A DNA stretch of 59,873 nucleotides from Natronospiraceae bacterium (GCA_007133205.1 SLND01000033.1:1-59873); one strand, 5' to 3'. Shown: positions 29,501-38,698, numbered from the stretch's first letter. A program made the numbers and translations. Notes: generated from the letters alone by a model not told the origin.

Positions 29501-29612
29501 GCCGGTGCTGTATCTGGCCCTGGACCAGGCGGGCCACTGGGGTGCCCGTTTATGGCGCCGAGCAGGCAGCTTCGGCCCGGGATCCAGGCCTGCAACCGAG
29601 GGGAACCAATGA
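26541..29612 (+). CDS. RND efflux permease (AcrB/MdtC-like), second of two
   Basis: 1023 aa. ATG overlaps the preceding stop by 4 nt. Motifs LALRRPVTTLM and GMLVDNAVVVSE. Confidence 0.93.
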   Translation: MNIPALALRRPVTTLMICLAVAAAGLAAARMLPIALWPDMDWPVAFVEIQAPGASPEELEREVVQPLEDSVSMISGMDQLRAFAYPDRVQLQVQFEWGEEMGSRNMEIQERVDVVRGEFPDYVEDIQVMTGDTEDIPVVQLEITSERDLSGEYRMLERVLENRLESVPGVSRTEMWGVQENEYEVRLDPDRLAAHGLAAREVADTLDRNHRTLATGSMRVPPEHIRLRADSSFPDTASILAQPLGNGLRVEDVATVEEFAAPRSTIRQLDGEQTIAVNLFREPGQNIVDLSRRIHSALDEVRADPEFSDIRITTRTDQADAVGASLTQLLRAGLLGAVLALLVLWGFLRSLRTTLVVVGSIPLALAASLAVLYQAGLTLNVISMMGLMLGIGMLVDNAVVVSENIFRHRQQGKGPLRASLVGAREVATAVTAGTLTTVMVFLPILVGPSSMLTIQLKHVAVAIVTTLLASLVVALTFIPLVVSRLRGTNITAEDRDPVRRLAHRYGNALQWCLDRPRRVLMLGLLALLSILIPAQHVSTDMFDQDENRTLRLNYQVEGSHALEDMGRVVDRVEQALLEHRDDLDIDTLFSWYSHDSANTLLHLHEGRAAEVPAAEVRERVREILPETVIGDPFFHGEQAGGTDQLSVRVEGERSEDLPPIAREVASRLETIDGVAFAQPDLEEAPESVTIQPRPEQGEQLNLPVQEIAQQVNLALSGRGLERLRGANGEVDLRAIYRRDERESLKMLAAMPIQLPDGGTIPLNALASLERGREDDRIARVNRRAAAYVELHLDDDASSGEVRGQVSEALEDLQLPPGYRWGYGSAFQQEMDDLGQLMLTYLLAILLIFLVMASLFEALLKPLAILTSILFSIVGVYWFFLFTGATFTIMAMIGILVLMGVVVNNGIVLVDHVNRLRWEGMDRLEAIRRGSVDRFRPILMTVGTTILGLTPLAITDARFAGDGPSYQPMAQAIIGGLAFSTVISLFLLPVLYLALDQAGHWGARLWRRAGSFGPGSRPATEGNQ

Positions 29613-29808
29613 AGAATCAGGCGAATGAAAACCGGATTCCTGGAACGAAGGCCGACTGCAACAAGTCAGGAAGGGCAATTCATGCACTGACCGCGAGTGG
29701 AATTCATTCCCGAAACTGTGAACTGGCGCACACCGATGTCCGTGCCGGGGAACTAGCTTGAGAGCAAGGGCATCGGAGTGCCTCAACGGCAAGTCAAGGA
29801 GATCGACA

Positions 29809-30171
29809 ATGAGCAGTCAGGACGCACAGCTGTCACGCAGTCCGCATGAGCGCGAGCATAGCGCGCGCAGCGTGGCCCACGTGGTCTACGCCCTGTACGC
29901 CCTGAGCATCGTGACCGCCCTGCCGGCATTGATCGGGGTCATCCTCGCCCATGTCAAGCGCTCGGATGCGATGGGCACCTTTGCGGTCTCCCACCTGGAC
30001 TGGCAGGTCCGCACCTTCTGGTGGTGGTTGCTGTGGGCGGTAATCGGCGGGGCCCTGACCGTGATCCTCGTCGGCTGGCTGATCCTGGCCGTGGCCTGGC
30101 TGTGGTTCGCCTACCGCGTGCTGCGGGGCTGGCTGCGTCTGGTCGACGATCTGCCCGCCTACGCCTGGTAA
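29809..30171 (+). CDS. DUF4870-like small integral membrane protein
   Basis: ATG at 29809 with AAGGA upstream. HVVYALYALSIVTALPALIGVILAHVKR followed by a Trp-rich TM pair. Confidence 0.6.
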   Translation: MSSQDAQLSRSPHEREHSARSVAHVVYALYALSIVTALPALIGVILAHVKRSDAMGTFAVSHLDWQVRTFWWWLLWAVIGGALTVILVGWLILAVAWLWFAYRVLRGWLRLVDDLPAYAW

Positions 30172-30212
30172 GCCTGTACCCGGGTAAACGGAACCCGACG
30201 GCGAACCGGATT

Positions 30213-30326
30213 TCAGTCCAGGCCCGCGATGAGCAGGGCCGCGGTGATCAAGCCGCCCAGGATTCCGAGCAGAATGGCCAGTCGAATGATCAACTGAGTG
30301 GTAGTGACATCACCTTCACGTGCCAT
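30213..30326 (-). CDS. Possible 37-aa single-TM peptide
   Basis: MAREGDVTTTQLIIRLAILLGILGGLITAALLIAGLD, with GGGAG 6 nt upstream of the ATG. Only this part of track ORF 30213..30509 is free of overlap with the cytochrome c gene. Confidence 0.3.
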   Translation of the reverse strand: MAREGDVTTTQLIIRLAILLGILGGLITAALLIAGLD

Positions 30327-30375
30327 GATTACTCCCGTCTTGCCCAGTAAACCGGGGAACCTTAGGGTTCCTTGA

Positions 30376-30966
30376 TCAATCCAGATCCAGCTCGTCGCGA
30401 AGAACCTTGACATCACGGGGGGCCAGCCCCCGATTGCGCCGGGCTTCGATTTCCTTCGGCTCATAACGCCTGAAATCTGCCGGCAACTGGTCTTCGTGTC
30501 CCCAGGCAAAGGCGGTGTAGTTCAGCAAGGCCGCAATCTCGACGTCGGAAATCCGCCCGAAGCCGGGCATCTGCCCCCGGTAGCGCTGGCCCAGCACCTC
30601 GATCTCGCCGCCGATGCCGTACAGGATTACATCAATCAGATATTCCCGCCCGCCTTCCACTGTCAATACCTTGGGCACGTGCTCGGCCAGGGGCGGGAAA
30701 TTGCGGCCGCTGCCGGAGCCGTCCACCTGGTGGCAAGCCGCACAGTGGCGTTCGTAAGCCCGGGCCCCGTCACGATACCAGTCAGGCGCATCCGCCAGTG
30801 CCTCTTCGGTGTCGTCGGCGACCTCTTGTTCGGGCGCACCCGAGCGATCCACCAGCAGGTAGGTGCTGAAACCGGCCAGCACCAGAATCACTGCCAGCGC
30901 GATGCCGGCCCGGCTACGGGCAAGGCGTTCCAGGAGATTGTCTTCCTCGTGCCGGTTCTCGTTCAT
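30376..30966 (-). CDS. Membrane-anchored monohaem c-type cytochrome
   Basis: N-terminal TM (IALAVILVLAGFSTYLLV), CAACH haem-binding motif and downstream Met ligand region RGQMPGFG. Confidence 0.85.
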   Translation of the reverse strand: MNENRHEEDNLLERLARSRAGIALAVILVLAGFSTYLLVDRSGAPEQEVADDTEEALADAPDWYRDGARAYERHCAACHQVDGSGSGRNFPPLAEHVPKVLTVEGGREYLIDVILYGIGGEIEVLGQRYRGQMPGFGRISDVEIAALLNYTAFAWGHEDQLPADFRRYEPKEIEARRNRGLAPRDVKVLRDELDLD

Positions 30967-31018
30967 GCGTTTTGTCTCATGCGAATCTTGCGCTCAGCTT
31001 GTCGCGATGCCAGACAGC

Positions 31019-32215
31019 TCAGTCCTGGAAGATGTCCTTGAGCTTGTCCAGGGGCAGGGCCTCCACCTCGCGGCCCTCACGGCCCTCCATGGTGTCGGCC
31101 TGGACCAGGGCGTTGTAGATCGCCTCTTCGGTCGCTTCCACCGCGGCGAGGAATAGTGGATCCATGGCGTGATCATTGAGCGCGGCCCGGCGGCGGCCAT
31201 CTTCCGGATCGTCGTGTTCTATGCGACCGGCGGTGGAAAAGGCAATCATGAAATCACCCGAACCATTGCTCATGAAACTGCCGGTCCGCCCGACTCCGAG
31301 TGATCCCCGCCTGGCCAGCCGCTCCAGGTTACGCGCATTCACCGGGGCATCCGTGGCAATCACGACCATGATCGACCCGCCGTCTTCTTCGGGCGCCATC
31401 TCCCGCTCACCGGCAAGCTCGTCCTCGAAACTGTAACCGCCGAGCTTCTCGCCCACCCGGACCCCGTCCATGGTCAGCACGCCGCCGTAATTGGCCTGCA
31501 CCAGCACCCCGACATTCCAGCCCCCCAGTTCGTCAGGCAGGGCACGCGAGGCGGTACCGATACCGCCCTTGAAACCAAAGGCCCGGGTGCCGGTACCGGC
31601 CCCGACATTGCCCTCCGAGACCGGCCCGCCATCGGCACCCTGGATCGCCGCGATCACATGCTGGGGCCGCACGTGCTGTCCCCGGATATCGTTGAGGTAG
31701 CCGTCGTTGGTTTCCCCCACCACCACATTGGCCGAGTGCACATCCTCGTTACCCGGTTGCCCGAGGATCCAGCGCACGCCTGCCTCTACCGCCGTACCCA
31801 CATTGAGGGTGTTGGTCAGCAGAATCGGGGATTCCAGGTTGCCCAGCTCACGCACCTGTTCAAAACCGGCGGCCTTGCCGAATCCATTGGCGGTGTAGAC
31901 TCCGGCCGGCAACTTGTTCTGGAAGATGTTGCCCTGGTGCGGCACCACGGCGGTCACGCCGGTACGCACGTCTTCACCGGAATGCAGTGTGATCTGGCCG
32001 ACGCTGACACCTGGAATATCGGTGATCGCGTTGCGTTCGCCCGGCGGGAGAATTCCCGGTTCGATGCCGATATCCCGGGCCCGGGGTCGTTCCGCTTCGA
32101 CCTCATCCGGCGCTTCTTCCGCTTCCACGTCCCCATCGGCCTCTTCCGCAGCCAGCGGAAAGGCAAGGACAGCAATCAGCACGGGCAGCAAGAATGAAAT
32201 GAGGGTCCGCGACAT
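31019..32215 (-). CDS. P1-family (DmpA/S58-type) aminopeptidase, exported
   Basis: Real start is ATG at 32215 (MSRTLISFLLPVLIAVLAFPLAA). Motifs are TGVTAV, NVGAGTGT, GGIGTAS and ATDAP, typical of DmpA/BapA Ntn-hydrolases. Confidence 0.88.
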   Translation of the reverse strand: MSRTLISFLLPVLIAVLAFPLAAEEADGDVEAEEAPDEVEAERPRARDIGIEPGILPPGERNAITDIPGVSVGQITLHSGEDVRTGVTAVVPHQGNIFQNKLPAGVYTANGFGKAAGFEQVRELGNLESPILLTNTLNVGTAVEAGVRWILGQPGNEDVHSANVVVGETNDGYLNDIRGQHVRPQHVIAAIQGADGGPVSEGNVGAGTGTRAFGFKGGIGTASRALPDELGGWNVGVLVQANYGGVLTMDGVRVGEKLGGYSFEDELAGEREMAPEEDGGSIMVVIATDAPVNARNLERLARRGSLGVGRTGSFMSNGSGDFMIAFSTAGRIEHDDPEDGRRRAALNDHAMDPLFLAAVEATEEAIYNALVQADTMEGREGREVEALPLDKLKDIFQD

Positions 32216-32395
32216 GAGATTCCCCTGATGATGCGCCCGGGCCCTGTGCGAGGCCCCCGACGCGTATTTGTGACGCTTGCGTATAATGCATCCCGACGGG
32301 CGGGCCAGTGTAGCCGATGTGTCCGACACTGTCCTGCCACAGCAGACGGCCGGTGACCCGGAAATTGCGGCTCCGGCAATGGCAATCACCGGGAG

Positions 32396-32785
32396 ATGAC
32401 CATGCAAGCCTATGCGCTGTTCTTCCTGCTGGGGGCGCTCAATGGCGCGGCTGCCACAGTCCTGGGCGCTTTCGGTGCCCATGCCCTGCGCACACGGTTG
32501 TCGGCCGGTGAGCTCGAGATCTGGAACACCGCGGTCCAGTACCACTACTTCCACACCCTGGCGGTACTCGCCATTGGCCTGGCCTGCCTGCAGCTGGATC
32601 AGCCCGCACTGCGCTGGGCGGGAGGGCTGATGCTTGCCGGCATCCTGCTCTTTTCCGGGAGCCTCTATCTGCTGAGCCTGACGGACTGGCGCTGGCCGGG
32701 CCCGGTAACCCCCGTGGGGGGAGCCCTGCTGATCGCCGGCTGGCTTGCCCTGGCCTGGGCGGGATTTCGCCTGCTCACGGGATGA
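32396..32785 (+). CDS. DUF423 (YgdD-like) membrane protein
   Basis: 129 aa with four TM helices. Motifs LGAFGAHAL and AVQYHYFH. Confidence 0.85.
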   Translation: MTMQAYALFFLLGALNGAAATVLGAFGAHALRTRLSAGELEIWNTAVQYHYFHTLAVLAIGLACLQLDQPALRWAGGLMLAGILLFSGSLYLLSLTDWRWPGPVTPVGGALLIAGWLALAWAGFRLLTG

Positions 32786-33525
32786 GATTCACCATCCTGC
32801 ACCAGGACGAACACTGCGTCGCGATCCACAAGCCCCCCGGGATTCTCGTCCATCGCACGCCCATGGCCCGTGACCGTCGCTTCGTACTGCAACAACTGCG
32901 CGATCAGATCGGCCGGACCCTGTATCCGGTCCATCGCCTGGACCGGGCGACCTCGGGCGTACTGGTATTCGCTCTCTCTTCGAAAGCGGCCCGCCGCATG
33001 AAGCGCGCTTTCGACGAGCAGCAGGCCTTCAAGGAGTACCTGGCGATCGTGCGCGGCTGGCCCAATCCACCACAGCAGCGGATCGAGCGACCCATCCGCG
33101 ACCCGGATGACAGGACCCGGCGTGAAGCGGCAAGCCATTACCGTCGCCTGAAGACCAGCCTCCTGCCCGTGCCGACAAGGCGCTACCCGGCTTCGCGCTT
33201 TGCCCTGGTCACACTGGTGCCGGAAACCGGCCGGCGACACCAGTTGCGGATTCACATGGAGCGGGTTTCCTACCCCATCATCGGTGACACCACCCACGGT
33301 GACGGCGAACCCAACCGGATCTTCCGGGACCGGCTGGGCCTGCGCCGGATGATGCTCCACGCCTGGAAACTGGAGCTGCCCCATCCGGAGAACGGCCAGC
33401 CGCTGAAGCTGTGCGCCGACCCCGGCGATGAATTCGACCGCGCCATTCACCTGCTCGGCTGGCACAGACCCATTGACGAGGAAGAACACATCGAGCTGGA
33501 CGAATTGCCCGTGGTCGAAGAGTAG
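32782..33525 (+). CDS. truC: tRNA pseudouridine(65) synthase TruC-like (RluA family)
   Basis: ILHQDEHCVAIHKPPGILVHR, HRLDRATSGVLVFA (catalytic Asp), TGRRHQLRIH. Collinear with E. coli TruC. 4-nt overlap with the upstream gene. Confidence 0.85.
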   Translation: MRFTILHQDEHCVAIHKPPGILVHRTPMARDRRFVLQQLRDQIGRTLYPVHRLDRATSGVLVFALSSKAARRMKRAFDEQQAFKEYLAIVRGWPNPPQQRIERPIRDPDDRTRREAASHYRRLKTSLLPVPTRRYPASRFALVTLVPETGRRHQLRIHMERVSYPIIGDTTHGDGEPNRIFRDRLGLRRMMLHAWKLELPHPENGQPLKLCADPGDEFDRAIHLLGWHRPIDEEEHIELDELPVVEE

Positions 33526-33779
33526 GAACACGAAGAAAAGACCCTATCCCGCAGAGACGCGGAGGCACTGAGATAGAACAGGATTGCAGGAGAGGCTTTG
33601 CAGCCTTGAGTCCTTTTCTGACCGGATTTTTTGACACGAAGAGCACGAAGATGAAAGCGCAAGATCACGAAGAAATGAGTCTTTGAAGTTTTCCTTCGTG
33701 TCCTTCTGTTTCCTCTTCGTGACCTCCGTGTTCATACAATCACGCTTGAACAATGTCGAGGCTGGAAAGCCTCTCCTGC
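33526..33779. repeat. Heptad-array palindromic repeat element (family copy B)
   Basis: GGAACACGAAG at the truC stop. 17-mer CCCGCAGAGACGCGGAG (33548-33564). 20-bp arms 33586-33605/33760-33779 (1 mismatch). CACGAAG x3 (33635, 33644, 33666) face CTTCGTG/CTCCGTG (33694, 33715, 33724). Confidence 0.8.
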
Positions 33780-33809
33780 AAAAGAAAACGGGGCCCGCAG
33801 GCCCCGTTT
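33778..33809 (-). terminator. Rho-independent terminator of the S9 peptidase gene
   Basis: Stem AAACGGGGCC (33786-33795) / GGCCCCGTTT (33800-33809), followed on the minus strand by TTTTCTTTT. Confidence 0.7.
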
Positions 33810-33831
33810 CGTCACTCCGCTTGGGCCGGAA

Positions 33832-36297
33832 CTATTCGGCGTCCCGGACAAACTCGTTCATCCATTCCAGCTGCTCATGCAGCATGTGCAGGACGGATTC
33901 GCGGGCCCGATAGCCATGGGACTCTTCCGGCAACATCACCAGACGGGCCGTGCCGCCGAGACCCTGGAGGGCGTTGTAGAAGCGTTCCGACTGCATGGGA
34001 TAGGTGCCGGAATTGTTGTCCTCTGCACCATGAATGAGCAGGATCGGATTCTTCAGTTCATGGGCATGGAAGAAGGGTGACATACGGACATAGAGTTCAG
34101 GCGCCTCGAATACGGTGCGCTGCTCACGCTGGAAACCGAATGGTGTAAGGCTTCGGTTATAGGCGCCACTGCGTGCAATACCCGCATTGAAGATGTCCGA
34201 GTGAGCCATCACGTTGGCGGTCATGAAGGCACCATAGGAATGGCCACCCAGGGCGACCCGGTCCGGGTCGGTAACCCCCTTCTCCGCCCCGGCATCGACC
34301 GCGGCCTGGGCATTCATCACCAGCTGCTCGATGAAGGTATCGTTGGGTTCTTCATCCCCTTCCCCGACCACGGGCATGGTGGCGCGGTCGATCACCGCAT
34401 AGCCCTGCGTGACCAGATACTGGGGATTCCAGTAACTGATGCGGTTGAACTGGTAAGGGGAGCCACTGATCTGCCCGGCGGCATCGGCACTGCGAAACTC
34501 CCGCGGATAGGCCCAGACCACGGTCGGCAACGGGCCGTCCTCTTCGGCGTCATAGTCGGCCGGCAGGTAGAGCTGTCCGGACATGCTGACACCGTCTTCC
34601 CGCTCATAGGTAATCATTTCACGGGTCACATCCCGCAATTCGGGCATGGGATGGGGAAAGGCAGTGATCGCACTCAGTCGATCTTCAAGCAGATCGCGAA
34701 CGTAGAAATTCGGGGGCTCGTCAATCTGCTCGCGCCGGGTCAGCACCTCCAGTTCGTTCTCGTCGATCACGCCGAGGACCCGTTCGTAATAAGGCGAGCG
34801 GGTCTGCCACAGGCGTTCCGTATCGCCTGTTTCGAGGTCCATCCAGTCGAGGAAGGGGCGATCGCCTTCATCCGAGGCGCCAGGCCCGGAGAGTAACAAT
34901 CCGCCGTCACGCAGCACCAGCCTTGGATGGCCCTGTTCGTCCCTGCGGCTCAGCGGTGAACCGGGATCGTTGTAGCGGTCTTCCCAGGAACGCTCCCAGA
35001 GATGGTCCTGATCGCGATCAGGGTCATCCGGGGCAATCCGCCACAGGTTTTCCCGACGCGTGTTGAACCAGCGCTCATAGACCAGTGCGGTCTCACCGTC
35101 GGCAAACTTGATGTCATGGAAGCGCTTTTCCAGTTCCGCCAGCTTGCGCGGCTCGCTGTCAAAAGGTGCAGGCTGGGCATACACCTTTTCCCGCACATCC
35201 ACATCTTCACCCGGGTCGCCACCATCCTGGGTTTCCACCCAGACCAGCTCGGCGTCGGCATCCGCACGCCACTGCACGTTGCGCGGGCCGGTCACGGTGG
35301 CATCGAAGGCAATCGGGAGATCGTCAGCAAGGTCCCGGTCCACCACGCGGCTCACTTGCTCACCGCTTTCATCCCGGACATCAATGGTCCGGGCGAAACG
35401 GAAATGCGGCACGGTGTATGAATAGGGATCCCGTAGCGTGGTGACCAGCAGATAGTCACCATCCGGGGAAGGTCCGAAGCTGGTAATCACGCCGGCCTCT
35501 CCCACCGAGTCGAGGCCGCCATCCAGGGACACGCGGGCCAACTGTCCGGTGAAGTAGTAATCGAACAGGGCTTCATCATGTTCGTTTTCAAGCAGGTCCT
35601 GGTAGGTCCGGGCCGGCGCCGTGCGTCCGCGGCTTTCCTGCACCGAAGGCCCGGTCGGCACCCGGCTTTTCTCCGGTCGCTCCCCCCGCTCTTCGGGCAG
35701 CTTGCGGACCCACAGGCTGTCGCCATCGGGATGCCATTCGAAGGGACGGTTCGGAAAGGCGGCGTTTAGATCGAAGCCATCCAGTTCGCGAGCCTCGGCG
35801 GCCTCCACATCCACGACCCAGAGCGCGACCCGGTCGCTCTCCACGTTGACGAAGGCCACATGCTCCCCATCCGGAGACCAGCGCATATTGCGCATGCGCG
35901 GATCCTCGGGAAGACCGTCAATGCTTACCGCCTCACCGCCCTCAATGGACTTGAGAGTGAGATCGATGTAATAGGACGGGCGGTCCGGACCGTTGTTGTC
36001 CGGATTCATGCGGATACCCGCCAGACGTTCCTGCGGCTCGGCCAGGTCGGCAATGGTGCGCAATGCCGGCGGTTCGGCGGCCAGCAACCAGTTCCGGTCC
36101 GGGTCGGGCTGCACCGAGGGCGTGCGTGGTGCATCCACGATATCGATCACTTCCCGGGGCGGCTCCTGATAACCGATTTCACGTTGCTCTTCGGCCGTTG
36201 GTGCACCCGCCCAAAGGGTGGCAATCAGGAAGGCCGGGAGAGACGCAGCAAGGCCTTGCAGGCGTGGTCGGGAGAGCAGCAACTTGTTTTCGGACAT
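33832..36297 (-). CDS. S9-family serine peptidase (prolyl oligopeptidase/dipeptidyl-peptidase-like), exported
   Basis: 821 aa with signal peptide, an N-terminal beta-propeller-sized region, GGHSYGAFM nucleophile motif and a C-terminal HGAEDNN/ESHGY triad region. Confidence 0.9.
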   Translation of the reverse strand: MSENKLLLSRPRLQGLAASLPAFLIATLWAGAPTAEEQREIGYQEPPREVIDIVDAPRTPSVQPDPDRNWLLAAEPPALRTIADLAEPQERLAGIRMNPDNNGPDRPSYYIDLTLKSIEGGEAVSIDGLPEDPRMRNMRWSPDGEHVAFVNVESDRVALWVVDVEAAEARELDGFDLNAAFPNRPFEWHPDGDSLWVRKLPEERGERPEKSRVPTGPSVQESRGRTAPARTYQDLLENEHDEALFDYYFTGQLARVSLDGGLDSVGEAGVITSFGPSPDGDYLLVTTLRDPYSYTVPHFRFARTIDVRDESGEQVSRVVDRDLADDLPIAFDATVTGPRNVQWRADADAELVWVETQDGGDPGEDVDVREKVYAQPAPFDSEPRKLAELEKRFHDIKFADGETALVYERWFNTRRENLWRIAPDDPDRDQDHLWERSWEDRYNDPGSPLSRRDEQGHPRLVLRDGGLLLSGPGASDEGDRPFLDWMDLETGDTERLWQTRSPYYERVLGVIDENELEVLTRREQIDEPPNFYVRDLLEDRLSAITAFPHPMPELRDVTREMITYEREDGVSMSGQLYLPADYDAEEDGPLPTVVWAYPREFRSADAAGQISGSPYQFNRISYWNPQYLVTQGYAVIDRATMPVVGEGDEEPNDTFIEQLVMNAQAAVDAGAEKGVTDPDRVALGGHSYGAFMTANVMAHSDIFNAGIARSGAYNRSLTPFGFQREQRTVFEAPELYVRMSPFFHAHELKNPILLIHGAEDNNSGTYPMQSERFYNALQGLGGTARLVMLPEESHGYRARESVLHMLHEQLEWMNEFVRDAE

Positions 36298-36359
36298 GAG
36301 TTTCCTCGATCTTCAATGGAACAAATGGACTGATGAAGCATGGGTCCACCGGGTAGGGG

Positions 36360-37037
36360 TCAACGGAAAAGGGGCACCCCCCGGCGTCGGAAGAAGGGAA
36401 TCAGAATCACCCCGGCGACGAAACCACCGGCATGGGCACCAAAGGCCACGCCCGCCTCATCCGCCGGTGTCGCCATGGACTGCAGCAACTGAAAGCCAAA
36501 CCAGAGCCCGAGCATCAGCCAGGCCGGCAACCAGATGAAGAAGATCACGAAGTAGGGCACCAGCAGCTTGACCCAGGCGAAAGGATGCAGGATCAGGTAG
36601 GCACCCAGCACGCCGGAGATGGCACCACTGGCGCCGACCATGGGCACGGTTGAATCCGGTGCCATCAGGCCCTGGGTCAGCGCCGCCGCGGCACCGCAGA
36701 GGGCGTAAAAGATGATGAACCGGCCATGGCCCATGCTGTCTTCGATGTTATTGGCAAAGACATAGAGGAACAGCATGTTGCCTGCCAGGTGGAGCAGCCC
36801 TCCATGGAGAAACATGGAGGTAAAGACCGTGGCTATCGGCGCCAGGGGAAGCTCGGGGTGGCCAAAGGGATCGGCAAACAGGGCCGCCGGAATCACACCG
36901 AACTGGTGGATGGCCATCCGGAAACCCTCTTCGGGCAGGGTAATCTGCCAGAAGAATACGGCAATGCAGGTGATCAATAGCGCCCAGGTGACTACCGGGG
37001 TGCGCCGGGTCGGGTTGTCGTCAGCGATGGGGATCAA
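36360..37037 (-). CDS. Rhomboid-family intramembrane serine protease
   Basis: Motifs HGGLLHLAGNMLFL, GASGAISGVLGAY and AHAGGFVAG. Confidence 0.9.
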   Translation of the reverse strand: MIPIADDNPTRRTPVVTWALLITCIAVFFWQITLPEEGFRMAIHQFGVIPAALFADPFGHPELPLAPIATVFTSMFLHGGLLHLAGNMLFLYVFANNIEDSMGHGRFIIFYALCGAAAALTQGLMAPDSTVPMVGASGAISGVLGAYLILHPFAWVKLLVPYFVIFFIWLPAWLMLGLWFGFQLLQSMATPADEAGVAFGAHAGGFVAGVILIPFFRRRGVPLFR

Positions 37038-37152
37038 TAGCTTCCATCCTTGATCGTCGAGGTCCAGCTGCCAGGGCGCGGGAACAGCGCCGGACCCTGG
37101 GTGTGACCATCTCGAAGGAAAAATGATCCCCTGGTGCGCTCAATCCGTTCGC

Positions 37153-37767
37153 TCAATCCGCCTCCAGCCTCCCCCGGAATCGCGCAACAATCCAGCGCAC
37201 AAGGTAATGCCCCGGCAGATAGATCATCAGCGGATAGGCCAGCAGCACCAGGGCCACGTACACGGGTTCCGGGAACCAGACCTGCTCCATTCCGAAGGGC
37301 TCGAAGATCCAGTTGATGTTGCGCTCCGGTTCGGTGAGCAGCCAGCCGCCGAGAATGCCCACACTGCCGATCAGACACTGCAGCCAGGGACCCCGGCGGT
37401 CATAACCCAGTCGCACCAGGCACCAGAGCAGGAAGATCGGCAGGGCCACGTGATACAGGGAGGCGAGACGCGCTGCCAGGGGCAGGGACTCGTCCCACAT
37501 GTAGGCGGTCGCCCCCGTGGGACTGCCGCCCATGATCAGGCCCACCAGCAGATCCAGGGTCCAGACAATGCCGATCAGGGTAACCATGCCGGCCTGGCTC
37601 GAGAGAACCAGGCGGTTACCCGCCCACACGGCATACAGCACCAGGAAGAGGGCGAGATTGCATAGCCAGAGAAAATTCTGGGGTCCATAGGCCCACCAGA
37701 TCAGGGGCACCCAGATCAGCATCCAGAGGGTGAATCCCAGGCGGGCGGCCAGCGGCAGTGCGTTCAT
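37153..37767 (-). CDS. Hypothetical polytopic membrane protein
   Basis: Start chosen at MNALPLAARLGF. About 6 hydrophobic helices. No family recognised. Confidence 0.6.
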   Translation of the reverse strand: MNALPLAARLGFTLWMLIWVPLIWWAYGPQNFLWLCNLALFLVLYAVWAGNRLVLSSQAGMVTLIGIVWTLDLLVGLIMGGSPTGATAYMWDESLPLAARLASLYHVALPIFLLWCLVRLGYDRRGPWLQCLIGSVGILGGWLLTEPERNINWIFEPFGMEQVWFPEPVYVALVLLAYPLMIYLPGHYLVRWIVARFRGRLEAD

Positions 37768-37966
37768 GGACAAGCAATCCTGAAAGCTTCGACCCATCCG
37801 ATGCTACCGCTCCGTGAAGTGCCGGCAAAACACACAGCGGGATGCCCTTTGCCACGGGCTTCGGCAGAATGGGCATGGCAACCAGCCTGCGAGCTGGTTC
37901 ATTCCCGCCATCAGGGGCTCTTCTTTACAGGGTAAGACCAAGATATCGCAACAGACAGGAGGCAGC

Positions 37967-38683
37967 ATGGAACAGGCCGTCGCCGTGGTTACCGGTGCCA
38001 ATCGAGGCCTGGGCCTGGCTACCAGCCGGGCCCTGGGGGAACTTGGATATCACGTGGTGCTCTGCGCAAGGGACAGCGACGCCGGTGCGCGGGCACAGGA
38101 ATCACTGCAGGCGGACCGACTGTCCTGCGAACTCCGGCGGGTGGATGTGACCCGCAGCGAGGAGGTCAGTGACCTCGGCCGTCACCTGCGGGACAACCTG
38201 GGCCGGGTGGATGTTCTCGTCAACAATGCGGGCGTCAACCTGGAAAGCTACCGCGAAGACGGCAGCCGGTCGGCCAATCCCGGTGTCGTCTCGCCCCTGA
38301 CGGTTCTCGAAAGCGTGAACATCAATGCGCTCGGGGCCTTGCGAATGATCCAGGCCCTGGCGGACACCTTCGTTCACGGTGCCCGGATCGTGAATGTTTC
38401 CTCGGGCATGGGCCAGCTCACGGAAATGGAAGGCGGCTGGCTCGGCTACCGCATGTCGAAGACAGCCATGAACAGCCTGACCCGGGTGTTCGCAGCGGCA
38501 CTGGCGGAGCGCAGCATTTCGGTCAATTCGGTCTGTCCCGGCTGGGTCCGCACCGACCTGGGCGGGCCCCGGGCGACACGCTCCATTGCCGAAGGCATCG
38601 ATACCATCGTCTGGCTGGCTACCAGCGAGGAAGCACGGGAGACGGGTGGTTTCTACCGTGATCGGACCCGGATCGCCTGGTAA
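37967..38683 (+). CDS. Short-chain dehydrogenase/reductase (SDR)
   Basis: ATG at 37967 with AGGAGG upstream. Motifs VTGANRGLG, NNAG and YRMSK (YxxxK). Confidence 0.9.
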   Translation: MEQAVAVVTGANRGLGLATSRALGELGYHVVLCARDSDAGARAQESLQADRLSCELRRVDVTRSEEVSDLGRHLRDNLGRVDVLVNNAGVNLESYREDGSRSANPGVVSPLTVLESVNINALGALRMIQALADTFVHGARIVNVSSGMGQLTEMEGGWLGYRMSKTAMNSLTRVFAAALAERSISVNSVCPGWVRTDLGGPRATRSIAEGIDTIVWLATSEEARETGGFYRDRTRIAW

Positions 38684-38698
38684 GGGAAGCTCCATTAA

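Noticed and set aside
23617-29537. Several 370-470-aa minus-strand ORFs inside the RND genes (23617..24732, 24823..26124, 26508..27425, 28125..29537) and + strand 26516..27748
   Set aside because: Antisense or off-frame to two unmistakable RND permeases.
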